Part shown: positions 20,501 to 29,786 of the stretch, piece by piece | How the letters are laid out: every line of letters begins with the position of its first letter | How positions within the stretch are numbered: the stretch's first letter is position 1 | Virus record (IMG/VR): IMGVR_UViG_3300008624_000005 | Location: 1 to 64,000 of that record | Direction: 5' to 3' (one strand) | Source: a virus | Lineage: Duplodnaviria; Caudoviricetes | Length of the DNA: 64,000 bases | Notes under the pieces: model-generated | The model's database searches: none | What the model was told of the DNA's origin: nothing | Seen by the model: the letters and a program-made list of their open reading frames with translations, nothing else | Made by a program: the position numbers and the translations under genes

Positions 20501-23500
20501 CAAACGATTTATTTGAATAGGATGCTGTCGAAACATCAAATGCTGTTGATAATGTATATTTGAATATTGTCGGAGCACCACTTCCGTTTAAAACATACAT
20601 TGTAGTTCCATCTGATTGAAATTGTACTGCTGATGGTTTTCCGGCTTCAGAGCTAACATCAAAATTTTGAGAATATGATGCTGTTGAAATATCAAAACCT
20701 GTTGTTAATGTATATTCATTAATATCATCACCTGCCCAACCTGTAACATACATTTTAGTTCCATCATTATTAAATGCCAAACCATAAGGCTGGAGTTCTT
20801 GAGTACTAACATCAAAACTATCTGTGTAGGAGGCTGTTGAAAGATCAAAACCTGTACTTAAAGCATATTCATAAACTTTATCAGTATTTTGACCTAACAT
20901 AATCAATATAGTTCCGTCTGTATTAAATTCTATACTATTTGATGATACGTCTTGACTACTGATATCTAAAGACTGAGCATAAGTTATTGTTGAAACATCA
21001 AATGCGGTTGATACCGAATATTCATAAACTTTATCATTACCTCTACCTAACATAAACATTTTAGTTCCGTCTGTGTTAAACTTCACATCTCTTACATCGC
21101 TATCTTGAGAACTTACAGTAGCTGAGGCTTTGACAAATGTAAAAAGTCCTGCACCTGTTGGTGTTGGTGTTGTGTATGTATAATTTTGATCTTCTTCAAT
21201 TCCTGCTATTTTTAATAAATCTTTATTTTCGTCTATACCTAAAATACTTTCATGAAGTCTATTAGCAAATCTATTTGGTATTGTTGTTTCTTGATCTTCT
21301 TCTCTAATAGTAATCCATTCTTTATGCGAATCATCAATATCACTAGTAAAGTTTATTTGAAAAACAGAATTTTGGGTTAATCGTTCACCTACATTACCAG
21401 TTATAATATTTGATACACCTCCAGGAGCCGCCCAAAAAAGTCCTTGTGCCGTAGGATCATTTAAGTATTCTCCAATTACTTTTGTAGATATTTCTCTATG
21501 AGATTGGGTTTGTGGAACTGAAGTTTTATTTTTAACCCAAAAATAATAAAATGTAGATACTTGTCCTGTTTGTGGATCAAGTGCTTCTTCTTCGCACCAA
21601 TAGTAATGGGTAACTCCACTTAAAATTTTTGTATATGCTTCACCTGATGCAATTTCACCATCTATTTCGTAATTACCTTCAACTAACGTAACCCATTCAT
21701 CAGGTGCAACCGTACTTTTTGTCCATTCATATATATCCATCGAAGAACCAGGAAATTGTTCTCCCCAGTGTTTAAATGTATAATCTAAATCTAACGGTTG
21801 TTCATATTCTATATATCGAACAGTATTTAAATTCCACCATGAAATACCAACCTCGTGTTGCCCCCAATTTCGTGTTGAAGTTAATGTTTCTGTGTCTTGG
21901 GTTGTAGCATTATATAATGCTTGATCATAACCTGAAATAATATCAATTTCTGCTTCAGCAATTCCAGGTACTATACCTTTAAACGGATCCCATACTTCTG
22001 CTCTTGCTAATTCTTTATTTTGTTCATAATCATATACAATAACATTTGCTAATTGTCCTGTGTCTGCTTTTGGCTGTTGTTTGTTCACTTCAATAAATGT
22101 TCTATTAGTAGCATCATATTTAAATGAACCCCAACCTTTAGTTCTATTCTTATAAACAATCATTACTGGCTGTCCTGCTTGAAAAGTACCACCTAAATTT
22201 TCAGGATAAAATACAATAGTAGTTCCTATTACTTCCCATGCCTTTGTGCCTCCACTTCCAGGTTCAAATTTTTGTCTAAACTCTCCTACATATACATCTA
22301 AATCACCTGCTGTTGCTGGATATACTAATTCATAAGTTGATGTCAATGTAAACGAAGTACCACCTGCAAATGATGGATTATATGAACCTGCGGCGGATGA
22401 GGCACCTATTGCTAGAGCTTGGACATCATAGTATGCATCGCAATAAGCATAATTATTAGTTACCCAGCTCCATTTTGTATCGGCAATAGATGAAAACATT
22501 GCTGAATAATCCGAAAATCTACTTTTTCTAAATGCAAATACTTTACCATATACTTCATTGCTACCAACAAATTCATCTATATAAAATTGTTTATTTTCTC
22601 TTAATCCACACGTTTGACAATCCGAGCCTGTCGGAAATCCAGTTACCTTATGAATTCCATTTAGTGCAGGATTATTTTCTGCACCTGTAATCATAACATA
22701 ATCGCCTTCAGCTAAATTATGATCAACTCCTAATTTAATAAGGGCTTCGTCACCAGTTTCATATCCTTTACAAATTTGTTCAATTCCAAAATTATCATCT
22801 TGAAGATTGAATGTCGACCAATCGCCTGCTCCTGTATCTGCTGTCCATACATTAAATAATCCTGCTTCACCGGTTTCTATCCATCTATCAGTAACATTGC
22901 CACTAACTTCAGCATCAGTTTTATAATTAAATGCCGACAAATACATTTTATCATCATCTGCAGGAATATTTATAGCAGGTATTGCCCCATCTGCAAATGA
23001 AAAAATATACGTAAAATCACCATTTGCATCCACACCTCGTTGTACAGATGAATCAACTGAACTTGTACTAGGTCTATCTACAGGTGAATAATAAGTAAAA
23101 TCAAATTCTCCAAATCTAGCCGTAACACCTGTTATACCATAAAGATAAGGATCAGCAGTTGCAGTAACTTTAGAAATACCATCAACTGTGAAAACACATT
23201 TTTCAATTACAAGTTCTGCTAAATTACCACTTGCATGAGTTTTTGTATATTTTGCATTTACTATACCATAAAAACTTTTAGCGGCCGCATTTATAATTCT
23301 TGTAGAAGTATATCGCTTACCTTTATATCGTACATAATATCCTTTTGCATAGGTATATGTATCTTTCCAATTTGGTGTCTGAAGTAATTTATATAATAAT
23401 GAACTATCGTCATCTTTATATTTGTCATATAATGTAGGTAAATCTTCTAATTTAAAAACTTGATACGATGTTTCTTCTAATCTAGGATAACCAGCATTAG

Positions 23501-26500
23501 GTAAATCTTTTTCATACGTTTCAATTTCAGCAAGAGTATCTATCGATTGATCAAATATAGGTCTAGTACTAAATTGAACAGCAGGATTTGTTGATGGTTG
23601 TTCTAACCATCTTCCGTCTCCGCCTAACATACTAATAGTAGTATCATAATCAAAATCTGTTGCTTGTCCTTGATAAATTTCCCCAAAATTTATTAACTGA
23701 GGATTTGCTTTTATATCTGTATTTTTAAGTGTAAATTCTTTAGTTGTTTGTTTAGATTCAGGTCCAAATTCACCTAACCTAAACATCCATTCTTCTTCTA
23801 GATTAATATCAACACTTGCTTCAAGTAAAAATGTACTTCTAGTCAATCTATTAAAAACTTCAGGTGTACCTTTTAAATGGCTTACTCCTTTCATAAATTG
23901 AAATTGCACATCTTCTGAAAGACGCATATTTCTTAAAAATTGTTTCTTTTCATAACCAATATTTTTTCTAGCAACATTTATACTATCTTTATTCAATCCT
24001 GTTTGCTCAGATGCAAAATAACTAGAGGTTATATTGTCTACAGTTTTATCAAAATTTTCATATATTGTGTCACCATAAACTAAATAACCAGGCGCATGTA
24101 ATGAGCCATTCCATTCTGGAGTTTTTAAATATTCTATTTTAAATCTATGTTTTGCATCACCTAAAATAGGATAATAAATTATATCATCAAATATTGTTTT
24201 ATTGTTAATTATTAACAGATGTTCATAATCACATACAACAAACGAAGCACAATAAATCGCCCTACTTTCGTCCTTAGGCTTAACAGTTATATAACTTAAT
24301 TGCCTATCTACATCTACAGTCGTTGAGTCAAATAAAGATTTATTTACATCTAAATAAAAACTGCCATATTCATAATCATTGCTTTTTATATGACCATGTG
24401 TAGTTTTAAAATATAATAAATTACCTGCAGGACTTAATTTAATAGATGTGTCGTCGCCCCATTCGGCTTCAGACCATAATATAAATTGTTGGGCAGTTAA
24501 TGTCCAGTCTTCATATACTCCATCTTGATTAGGATAATTAAATTCAAATCCTACATTTTCTAAATATTTTCCATAAGCATATAAGAAATTATACACATCA
24601 TTTGCTGATTCAAATTCTGTACCATAATCTATCCGTTTTGTGCCTGTATCAAATTCCGAATATAATTGAATATTTGTTTCACTTACTGTAATTTGTTTAA
24701 TTGTCGACTTTAATTGATTTTGTATTGTAAAATACGGTTTATCATTATGATATCCATAAACAGCATAACCTGTTGATGTTTTAATAATTTCAACACCACT
24801 ATAAATATATTCTTTATATGGTGATGAAGTGTGAAATTTAATAGTTAAGTCATCGTTTGGTATAAAGTTATTTGATTTTTCTGATTGTAAACTATCTGCC
24901 AGCATAGATATAGAAGATTTTTTAGAAAATCCTTGCATTTTGTAACTTAATTTTGTGTTTAACTGTCTTAGTTGTCTAGCAAAATCTACATATATATCAT
25001 TACCTAAAAACATTAATCTATCAACAATAGGTTGTTGCAATCCTAATATTCGTCTAGATAAATTATTATTATCTACTTCATTATGAACGAATAATTCATT
25101 TGAATTATGTCGTTTTTTTGTTTTATTAGATATAAATTGTTTTTTACGTTCTACAGATACTACTTCTATTACACCACCTTCTTGGGTGTGGTAAAGACCA
25201 CCTTGTGAATCATAATAGTATAATATTTCTGGGGTAGATGAAGTTGGCGAAAATGTAGGTTTAGTTGGATCAGTTGCTTCGTCCCAACCTGTTGTATACT
25301 GTCCAGAGACCTGGCCTTCCCATGCTTCTGATAATTGAAAATCATGTGTATTGTAAGATGCATCTGTTAAATTAAATGTATATACATTTCCTGCTTGTAG
25401 TACTAATTTTTTCTGCTGGACACCATCTAAATAAAATACTGTACCAGAGGTGTTACCAGCCTTAGGGGCTGTTGTCACATCAATTGTTATTGCTTTATTT
25501 CCGCCATCAGTTATTTTATCTTTTGTATCATAATATTTTTCTAAATATTTTGCAGGATTTATTGAAAATAAAAATTCATTTTCTATATATGGGAACAACG
25601 ATGTTCGTTTCCATACAGTTTCTATCGGACTGTTGTCACCTATTGACCAACTTGCTTTGGCGTCTAAAGCCGTTGGACTTGACATTAAAGTTGCGGTAAC
25701 CGGATCTTGTAATGTTCCGTCTGCGGCCACAGGAAATGTAGCACCAGGCCTCGCAACATTAATATCTTGAACAATAGTTTGGCCAGGTTCTGATATAATT
25801 CCTTTTTGCAAAGCAGAAATCATATTATTTCGTTTAGTAGCATTGACCCATTCGTAATGTGTATCCCACCAAGAAGGTTTTCCTATAAAACCTAACATTT
25901 CCCAAGGATGAGAATGTGGTCTATCTGTATCAAAATAATGTTTATAAATGCCTCTCCAATATCCTATTCCATTGGCATTAGCATCTGCACTATAATTCCA
26001 TGTAAATTTATTATTTACATCATATCCTGTATTTGGTAATAATGTTATACCTCGAGCAATCTTAAATGCGTTAAAATAATTATCATAAAAATTATTTCTA
26101 TCAGTTATTGTATATGGCGTTGTTCGATATTTTCCAGGAAATAAAGTTAAATCTTTTCGTTTAGATTCTGGACTATGTGAATAGGTTACTATATTGTCAT
26201 CGTCGCTATTAAACTCAGATTGTATATGTCCATAAATTCTATTTTCTAATTCTAATAATGCTTTATCTCTATAATCTGTTATCGTGTGTGATAAAACAGA
26301 TCCCGAGCCTGTAATAGTTGAATCGTGAGCTACTGTTTTTGAACCGTCATGTCCTTCAATTACAACTACTGTTCTAGAACCTGTATCGTCAACATAACTT
26401 TTTGGCACATACGTTGGAGCAACGCCCAATTTAGCAAGAGTAGGTGGTATAAAACTTAATCCTTCGTCAATACTAACTTTTATGACAACTTTTCCTGATG

Positions 26501-29500
26501 CAACCGCTGTCCCCAATGTAATAGTATTTGCATTAGGATTTAATGTAAACTCAGTTTCAAATGTTTCAACATCATTGGTATCTACTGTATAAACATACAC
26601 ATGATTATGATATTGGTTTTTTCTTGTAATTGTTTTAGGTAAAGTAAATGTACTAGTCGATGTTGTAACTGAATATGTTTTTTCGACCATATTAAAATAA
26701 TACGCCATATCACTATTTGCAAATGGAAATGTATTATTTTTACCTAAATTTAAATCATATAATGCTTGATCAACTAATGCACTTGTGTTTGTGCCGGAAT
26801 CCATTGAAGCATATAATTGTTCAATTTTTTGTATGAATTTCTTTTTAAACACATTATAACTATCAGCAGTATAATCTAATGCTAATAATAAATCATAATT
26901 TTCATTTCCTAACATTAAACCAAGTTTAAGTAAAGGAGATATTTGGTGATTAATTGTTCCGCCAAATCCTGATTCACCACCCAAACTTCTATAATTATTA
27001 TTACCAAATGCCGGACCTTTTAAACCAGGATGCTTATCAATTAAATCAATCATATGCGGAAATATTTCTGCGTACGAAATATTACCCAATACATCATTGC
27101 CTGGATTGTTTTTAAGTCCAGTTGGAACGTCATATGCCCATTCATCTGTAGCACTAGTATCTGTAGTATAAAATTTTACATCTACTATGTCACCTACTGC
27201 TAATAAATTATCTGTACTTTGCGTTTGATTAGCAGGAGAAAATACTGGTACACCAGCATCAGAAACTGTTTCGTCTGTTCCTGAACTTTCGTAAGGTATA
27301 ACTACTTTTTTTCCATTAAAAATATAATGTGTATCACGAGTTAATCTTACACCGTTATGATATACTTCTGGCCATCCTTGCTCTAATACTTTATCTATTA
27401 TGATAAGTTTACCAGTTCCACTAGGTGAAGAATAATATAATACATCATTAGATTCTGTTTCGCTTACTGCAAATGTAACTATACCACTATGAGTATTATT
27501 ATTTGTAACACCTGTACCATATGCCGAGGCACTTGCATCTTGTATTTGGAATGCTGTAGTTCCGTTAGTTATATCAAATGTATAAGTTTGCCCTTTAGCC
27601 AAATATAGTGTAGGGTTTATGCCTGAAAGTTTTTCAAATCCATAAGCAGATTTTAAACAAAATTCAAATCCTGTTGTAGTTGCTATAACATTATAATCAC
27701 GTTCTGGTTCGAAATTAGTTGTACCTAAATCAACAACAAAATCATCTTGTGCATTTGTAATATCTCGGGTTATAGTAATAGGTGTTCTAATTTGTTTGTA
27801 ACTTTGTTCCCAACAATTATCAAAATCATATTTAGAAATGTCTCTATCAAACTTTCTTAGATAATACAATCCTAATATATCTTTTGGAATGGTACCTCTA
27901 TCATACAAATACATTGTTTGCTGATGAGAATTATTAAACATTAAATTTGAAGTATTAGTAGACGACAAATAATTTGTAGTTGCATATGTTAACGGAAAAC
28001 CTAAAAATTTATCCTCTGATCTATCAGCAGTGGTTTTGTCTTCTAAATATTCAAAAACTGTATTACCTAAAAAGTCTGTTTCATTATATTCTGATAACGG
28101 TTGAAATGTTGTATCATATAATTCAAACTTTACTGGAACATTTTTAGTACCTTTTTCTTGTGCTAATCTCCATGTTGTTTGAGTAGATGTCTGGGCCGTT
28201 GGTCCATTTCTTCCATCAAACCAATAATCTTGACCTTGTAATGTGGTTCCATTTAAACTTGTAACAACATCACCATGTGTTGGAGGACCTGCTCCTCTAC
28301 CATCTGTTTCTAATGTTAGGGCTGTTGCACCTGTATTTGCTGTATTAACTTTATAAATTTTATTATTGTATGTGTCATTTGAAGAATTAACAAATAATAC
28401 TCTATCATTATCTTGAACTGTATATCCATCATGTACTTCTGCCGCGGCAGACCCGCCTGATAATAGAAAACCGTTTGTTCCATCAGCAGGATTCATTGCT
28501 TCTGTAATAATAATATCAACAGGTTTTCTAAAATGTGTGCCATAATTATATAAATGTAAATCTCTTTCCCATTCTATTATAGGACGTTGTGCATAATCAT
28601 CGTCAACAATAATACCATCTAATTTAAATGATTTAGTAAGATTTAACATTGTGTTTACTGCTTGAACAGTATTAATATGATACCAATTATTAACTCTAGA
28701 CCATGCATTATTATCTCTTGCACTTTTTTCCATACAAATATATTCATGCATATAATGGACATCTTTATTCGCATTTACATATGGAGGCCTTGTAGTTTGT
28801 CCGCCCATAATATGTAATGTAACTCCACTAGTTGCATATCCTGCTCCTGCATTTGTAATTGTCAATGTGGTATCTACAGCACCATTGTTAACATCAGCCT
28901 CTAATATTGCGTGGGTACTTGGTGTACCACTTTGATCATATACATTAACAAATGGTATATGAACATAGTTTGTACCTTGTGTTCCTACTGAGGCAGTTGC
29001 AACAGAACCGGTTCCTGTATCAACTGTACCCAGAGCTTGAGTTGGTGTAGCAAGCCCCATAGAAGTTTCTGTTACTGAACATAATGTACTTTCATCTATT
29101 AAGGTTATCTTTTTACCTACACCTGTTACCAAATATGTTTTTGTATCGTTAATAAATGCAAGTCGCATTCCGTTTTCTAATGTTAATGTCCTGTTTCCGT
29201 GGATAACTTGAGCTGATGTTGTGTATGTTCTTTTACCTTCGATTCCTGCTTTTGTTTCGCCATGTAATCCTACAAGAGGCAACCCAAATGGCAACCACAC
29301 ATAACTATTCCAATTAACAAACATATCATAATTTATAGGTGGTTTCCAAGCATAATTATAATCAGAAAATAATTTATCTAAATTTGTTGTGTTAGTTTCA
29401 AGATATTTTAACTTACTAATAATATCATCATATGGTATAGCAGATTCATATTCTGAAGTTGATGGGTTTTGGCTTACGACTGTAGGATCTACTTGATATC

Positions 29501-29774
29501 TATTGTTAAGGGTTGTTTTACTTTCAGTATAAACATCTTTTGCTGATGTTCGTATTGCTCCTATTTTTTTACCAATATAACCTGATTCAATTTTAGGATT
29601 GCCACTTAAAATCATTTGATCTAATGTAGCATTTAAAAACTTTTTATTAGTATCAGATTGAAGATATTCCGGTAATAAATCATACGTAGATCTTTTTGTA
29701 GTATTTTTACTTGTAGATCCGGGTATAGTATTATCTACCTGGTCACTGGTGTTTTTACTAGAATAATCTGCCAT
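17577..29774 (-). CDS. Giant baseplate wedge/virion structural protein (4065 aa)
   Basis: Follows gp6-like gene; N-terminal DLLPEYLQSDTNKKFLNATLDQ, C-terminal YLNEVKPYHSK; inserted propeller and cupredoxin-like domains. Confidence 0.8.
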   Translation of the reverse strand: MADYSSKNTSDQVDNTIPGSTSKNTTKRSTYDLLPEYLQSDTNKKFLNATLDQMILSGNPKIESGYIGKKIGAIRTSAKDVYTESKTTLNNRYQVDPTVVSQNPSTSEYESAIPYDDIISKLKYLETNTTNLDKLFSDYNYAWKPPINYDMFVNWNSYVWLPFGLPLVGLHGETKAGIEGKRTYTTSAQVIHGNRTLTLENGMRLAFINDTKTYLVTGVGKKITLIDESTLCSVTETSMGLATPTQALGTVDTGTGSVATASVGTQGTNYVHIPFVNVYDQSGTPSTHAILEADVNNGAVDTTLTITNAGAGYATSGVTLHIMGGQTTRPPYVNANKDVHYMHEYICMEKSARDNNAWSRVNNWYHINTVQAVNTMLNLTKSFKLDGIIVDDDYAQRPIIEWERDLHLYNYGTHFRKPVDIIITEAMNPADGTNGFLLSGGSAAAEVHDGYTVQDNDRVLFVNSSNDTYNNKIYKVNTANTGATALTLETDGRGAGPPTHGDVVTSLNGTTLQGQDYWFDGRNGPTAQTSTQTTWRLAQEKGTKNVPVKFELYDTTFQPLSEYNETDFLGNTVFEYLEDKTTADRSEDKFLGFPLTYATTNYLSSTNTSNLMFNNSHQQTMYLYDRGTIPKDILGLYYLRKFDRDISKYDFDNCWEQSYKQIRTPITITRDITNAQDDFVVDLGTTNFEPERDYNVIATTTGFEFCLKSAYGFEKLSGINPTLYLAKGQTYTFDITNGTTAFQIQDASASAYGTGVTNNNTHSGIVTFAVSETESNDVLYYSSPSGTGKLIIIDKVLEQGWPEVYHNGVRLTRDTHYIFNGKKVVIPYESSGTDETVSDAGVPVFSPANQTQSTDNLLAVGDIVDVKFYTTDTSATDEWAYDVPTGLKNNPGNDVLGNISYAEIFPHMIDLIDKHPGLKGPAFGNNNYRSLGGESGFGGTINHQISPLLKLGLMLGNENYDLLLALDYTADSYNVFKKKFIQKIEQLYASMDSGTNTSALVDQALYDLNLGKNNTFPFANSDMAYYFNMVEKTYSVTTSTSTFTLPKTITRKNQYHNHVYVYTVDTNDVETFETEFTLNPNANTITLGTAVASGKVVIKVSIDEGLSFIPPTLAKLGVAPTYVPKSYVDDTGSRTVVVIEGHDGSKTVAHDSTITGSGSVLSHTITDYRDKALLELENRIYGHIQSEFNSDDDNIVTYSHSPESKRKDLTLFPGKYRTTPYTITDRNNFYDNYFNAFKIARGITLLPNTGYDVNNKFTWNYSADANANGIGYWRGIYKHYFDTDRPHSHPWEMLGFIGKPSWWDTHYEWVNATKRNNMISALQKGIISEPGQTIVQDINVARPGATFPVAADGTLQDPVTATLMSSPTALDAKASWSIGDNSPIETVWKRTSLFPYIENEFLFSINPAKYLEKYYDTKDKITDGGNKAITIDVTTAPKAGNTSGTVFYLDGVQQKKLVLQAGNVYTFNLTDASYNTHDFQLSEAWEGQVSGQYTTGWDEATDPTKPTFSPTSSTPEILYYYDSQGGLYHTQEGGVIEVVSVERKKQFISNKTKKRHNSNELFVHNEVDNNNLSRRILGLQQPIVDRLMFLGNDIYVDFARQLRQLNTKLSYKMQGFSKKSSISMLADSLQSEKSNNFIPNDDLTIKFHTSSPYKEYIYSGVEIIKTSTGYAVYGYHNDKPYFTIQNQLKSTIKQITVSETNIQLYSEFDTGTKRIDYGTEFESANDVYNFLYAYGKYLENVGFEFNYPNQDGVYEDWTLTAQQFILWSEAEWGDDTSIKLSPAGNLLYFKTTHGHIKSNDYEYGSFYLDVNKSLFDSTTVDVDRQLSYITVKPKDESRAIYCASFVVCDYEHLLIINNKTIFDDIIYYPILGDAKHRFKIEYLKTPEWNGSLHAPGYLVYGDTIYENFDKTVDNITSSYFASEQTGLNKDSINVARKNIGYEKKQFLRNMRLSEDVQFQFMKGVSHLKGTPEVFNRLTRSTFLLEASVDINLEEEWMFRLGEFGPESKQTTKEFTLKNTDIKANPQLINFGEIYQGQATDFDYDTTISMLGGDGRWLEQPSTNPAVQFSTRPIFDQSIDTLAEIETYEKDLPNAGYPRLEETSYQVFKLEDLPTLYDKYKDDDSSLLYKLLQTPNWKDTYTYAKGYYVRYKGKRYTSTRIINAAAKSFYGIVNAKYTKTHASGNLAELVIEKCVFTVDGISKVTATADPYLYGITGVTARFGEFDFTYYSPVDRPSTSSVDSSVQRGVDANGDFTYIFSFADGAIPAINIPADDDKMYLSAFNYKTDAEVSGNVTDRWIETGEAGLFNVWTADTGAGDWSTFNLQDDNFGIEQICKGYETGDEALIKLGVDHNLAEGDYVMITGAENNPALNGIHKVTGFPTGSDCQTCGLRENKQFYIDEFVGSNEVYGKVFAFRKSRFSDYSAMFSSIADTKWSWVTNNYAYCDAYYDVQALAIGASSAAGSYNPSFAGGTSFTLTSTYELVYPATAGDLDVYVGEFRQKFEPGSGGTKAWEVIGTTIVFYPENLGGTFQAGQPVMIVYKNRTKGWGSFKYDATNRTFIEVNKQQPKADTGQLANVIVYDYEQNKELARAEVWDPFKGIVPGIAEAEIDIISGYDQALYNATTQDTETLTSTRNWGQHEVGISWWNLNTVRYIEYEQPLDLDYTFKHWGEQFPGSSMDIYEWTKSTVAPDEWVTLVEGNYEIDGEIASGEAYTKILSGVTHYYWCEEEALDPQTGQVSTFYYFWVKNKTSVPQTQSHREISTKVIGEYLNDPTAQGLFWAAPGGVSNIITGNVGERLTQNSVFQINFTSDIDDSHKEWITIREEDQETTIPNRFANRLHESILGIDENKDLLKIAGIEEDQNYTYTTPTPTGAGLFTFVKASATVSSQDSDVRDVKFNTDGTKMFMLGRGNDKVYEYSVSTAFDVSTITYAQSLDISSQDVSSNSIEFNTDGTILIMLGQNTDKVYEYALSTGFDLSTASYTDSFDVSTQELQPYGLAFNNDGTKMYVTGWAGDDINEYTLTTGFDISTASYSQNFDVSSEAGKPSAVQFQSDGTTMYVLNGSGAPTIFKYTLSTAFDVSTASYSNKSFEVTDQETKARGFCFSNNGLQMFLCGWAGDDINEYTVHGASTTYSAKKYNYDWNQKLEYMANDVVKSSAKLYKTHKELPLVKTNTKLSIDNQTTTIQLRIGEKAGELTFPASVEIGNPPAESNTYGLPYENVVAYAYANIVSGKVDSIVMNRPGQGYNSATPPTVTISAPTSEGGIQATVIDSDITIVNGEITAIAMDSTRKGSGYENSYAVIDEGESNEEIVELKYYDRFATRRFNADVNMLTNGDFEQKTTAFWSTKLGTIDPTGKVATVAIYGGGTGYSSGIAATTGGSGTGLTLDITQINGVIQSATVQTGGGGYAVGDVVSVTGGTDGTFTIATVNSNAVVYGLASGVYTGESQNATHYVGQKGLKNANLAGGTILQNIQYQGKALFKTNTSLDSVKLKYGHSATDVDFDAMTAVTLTPQTSSEETSLGTTLVYSVQGEFVSSTDDYHAMWLEIEVPDSNGFVMHIDSMEFTNPAVGDRIIVSRAAQSTTAVAHDQYATFKELGNFNRQRWQELLTYNWIDDRNISVDSPNMVPNLRLHNIFRYGGQIRPYKQSWIKSRVEAIRALIQNANKNLLKINLSDSYLNWKKHLGQSFAKGNSTFAPQDYWKYVDWFHPDFTISSSSVAQYTVGARNELYDVNEDVYSVVRVDSDDADGNWAFYQWVDDSWFKIGKQNGTIELSSLLYDVQDVDAGWDAAEYDIGGWDKNYTNELQAILKGLHEDIFIDTYKQYYKELFFTIIHFIYAEQTNLDWVAKTTFLQLQRKTPGALTPKTFDVGSEEDILAYLNEVKPYHSKIETVFDSRTFEEEINASADEVVDIRVQTNTSGSTETADSRAFRMFIDNTGTRIYETIIDANKTTATEDLDSKETEISVTSITPLPTAPGEVVIGAERIRYETTNTGVLQGCTRGVAGTAAATHTSGATVTSAGPTVALPVDPDPEAYNAFNDDGTTTIQNSTNTQAALINVGKGTI
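20395..21125 (-). repeat. Five ~51-aa tandem beta-propeller blades inside the giant protein
   Basis: F(N/Q/S)xDGTxM...EYxLSTxFD(V/I/L)STASY repeated; identical 32-nt DNA copy at 20398-20429 and 20710-20741. Confidence 0.85.
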
Positions 29775-29786
29775 TTATTTTCCTAA

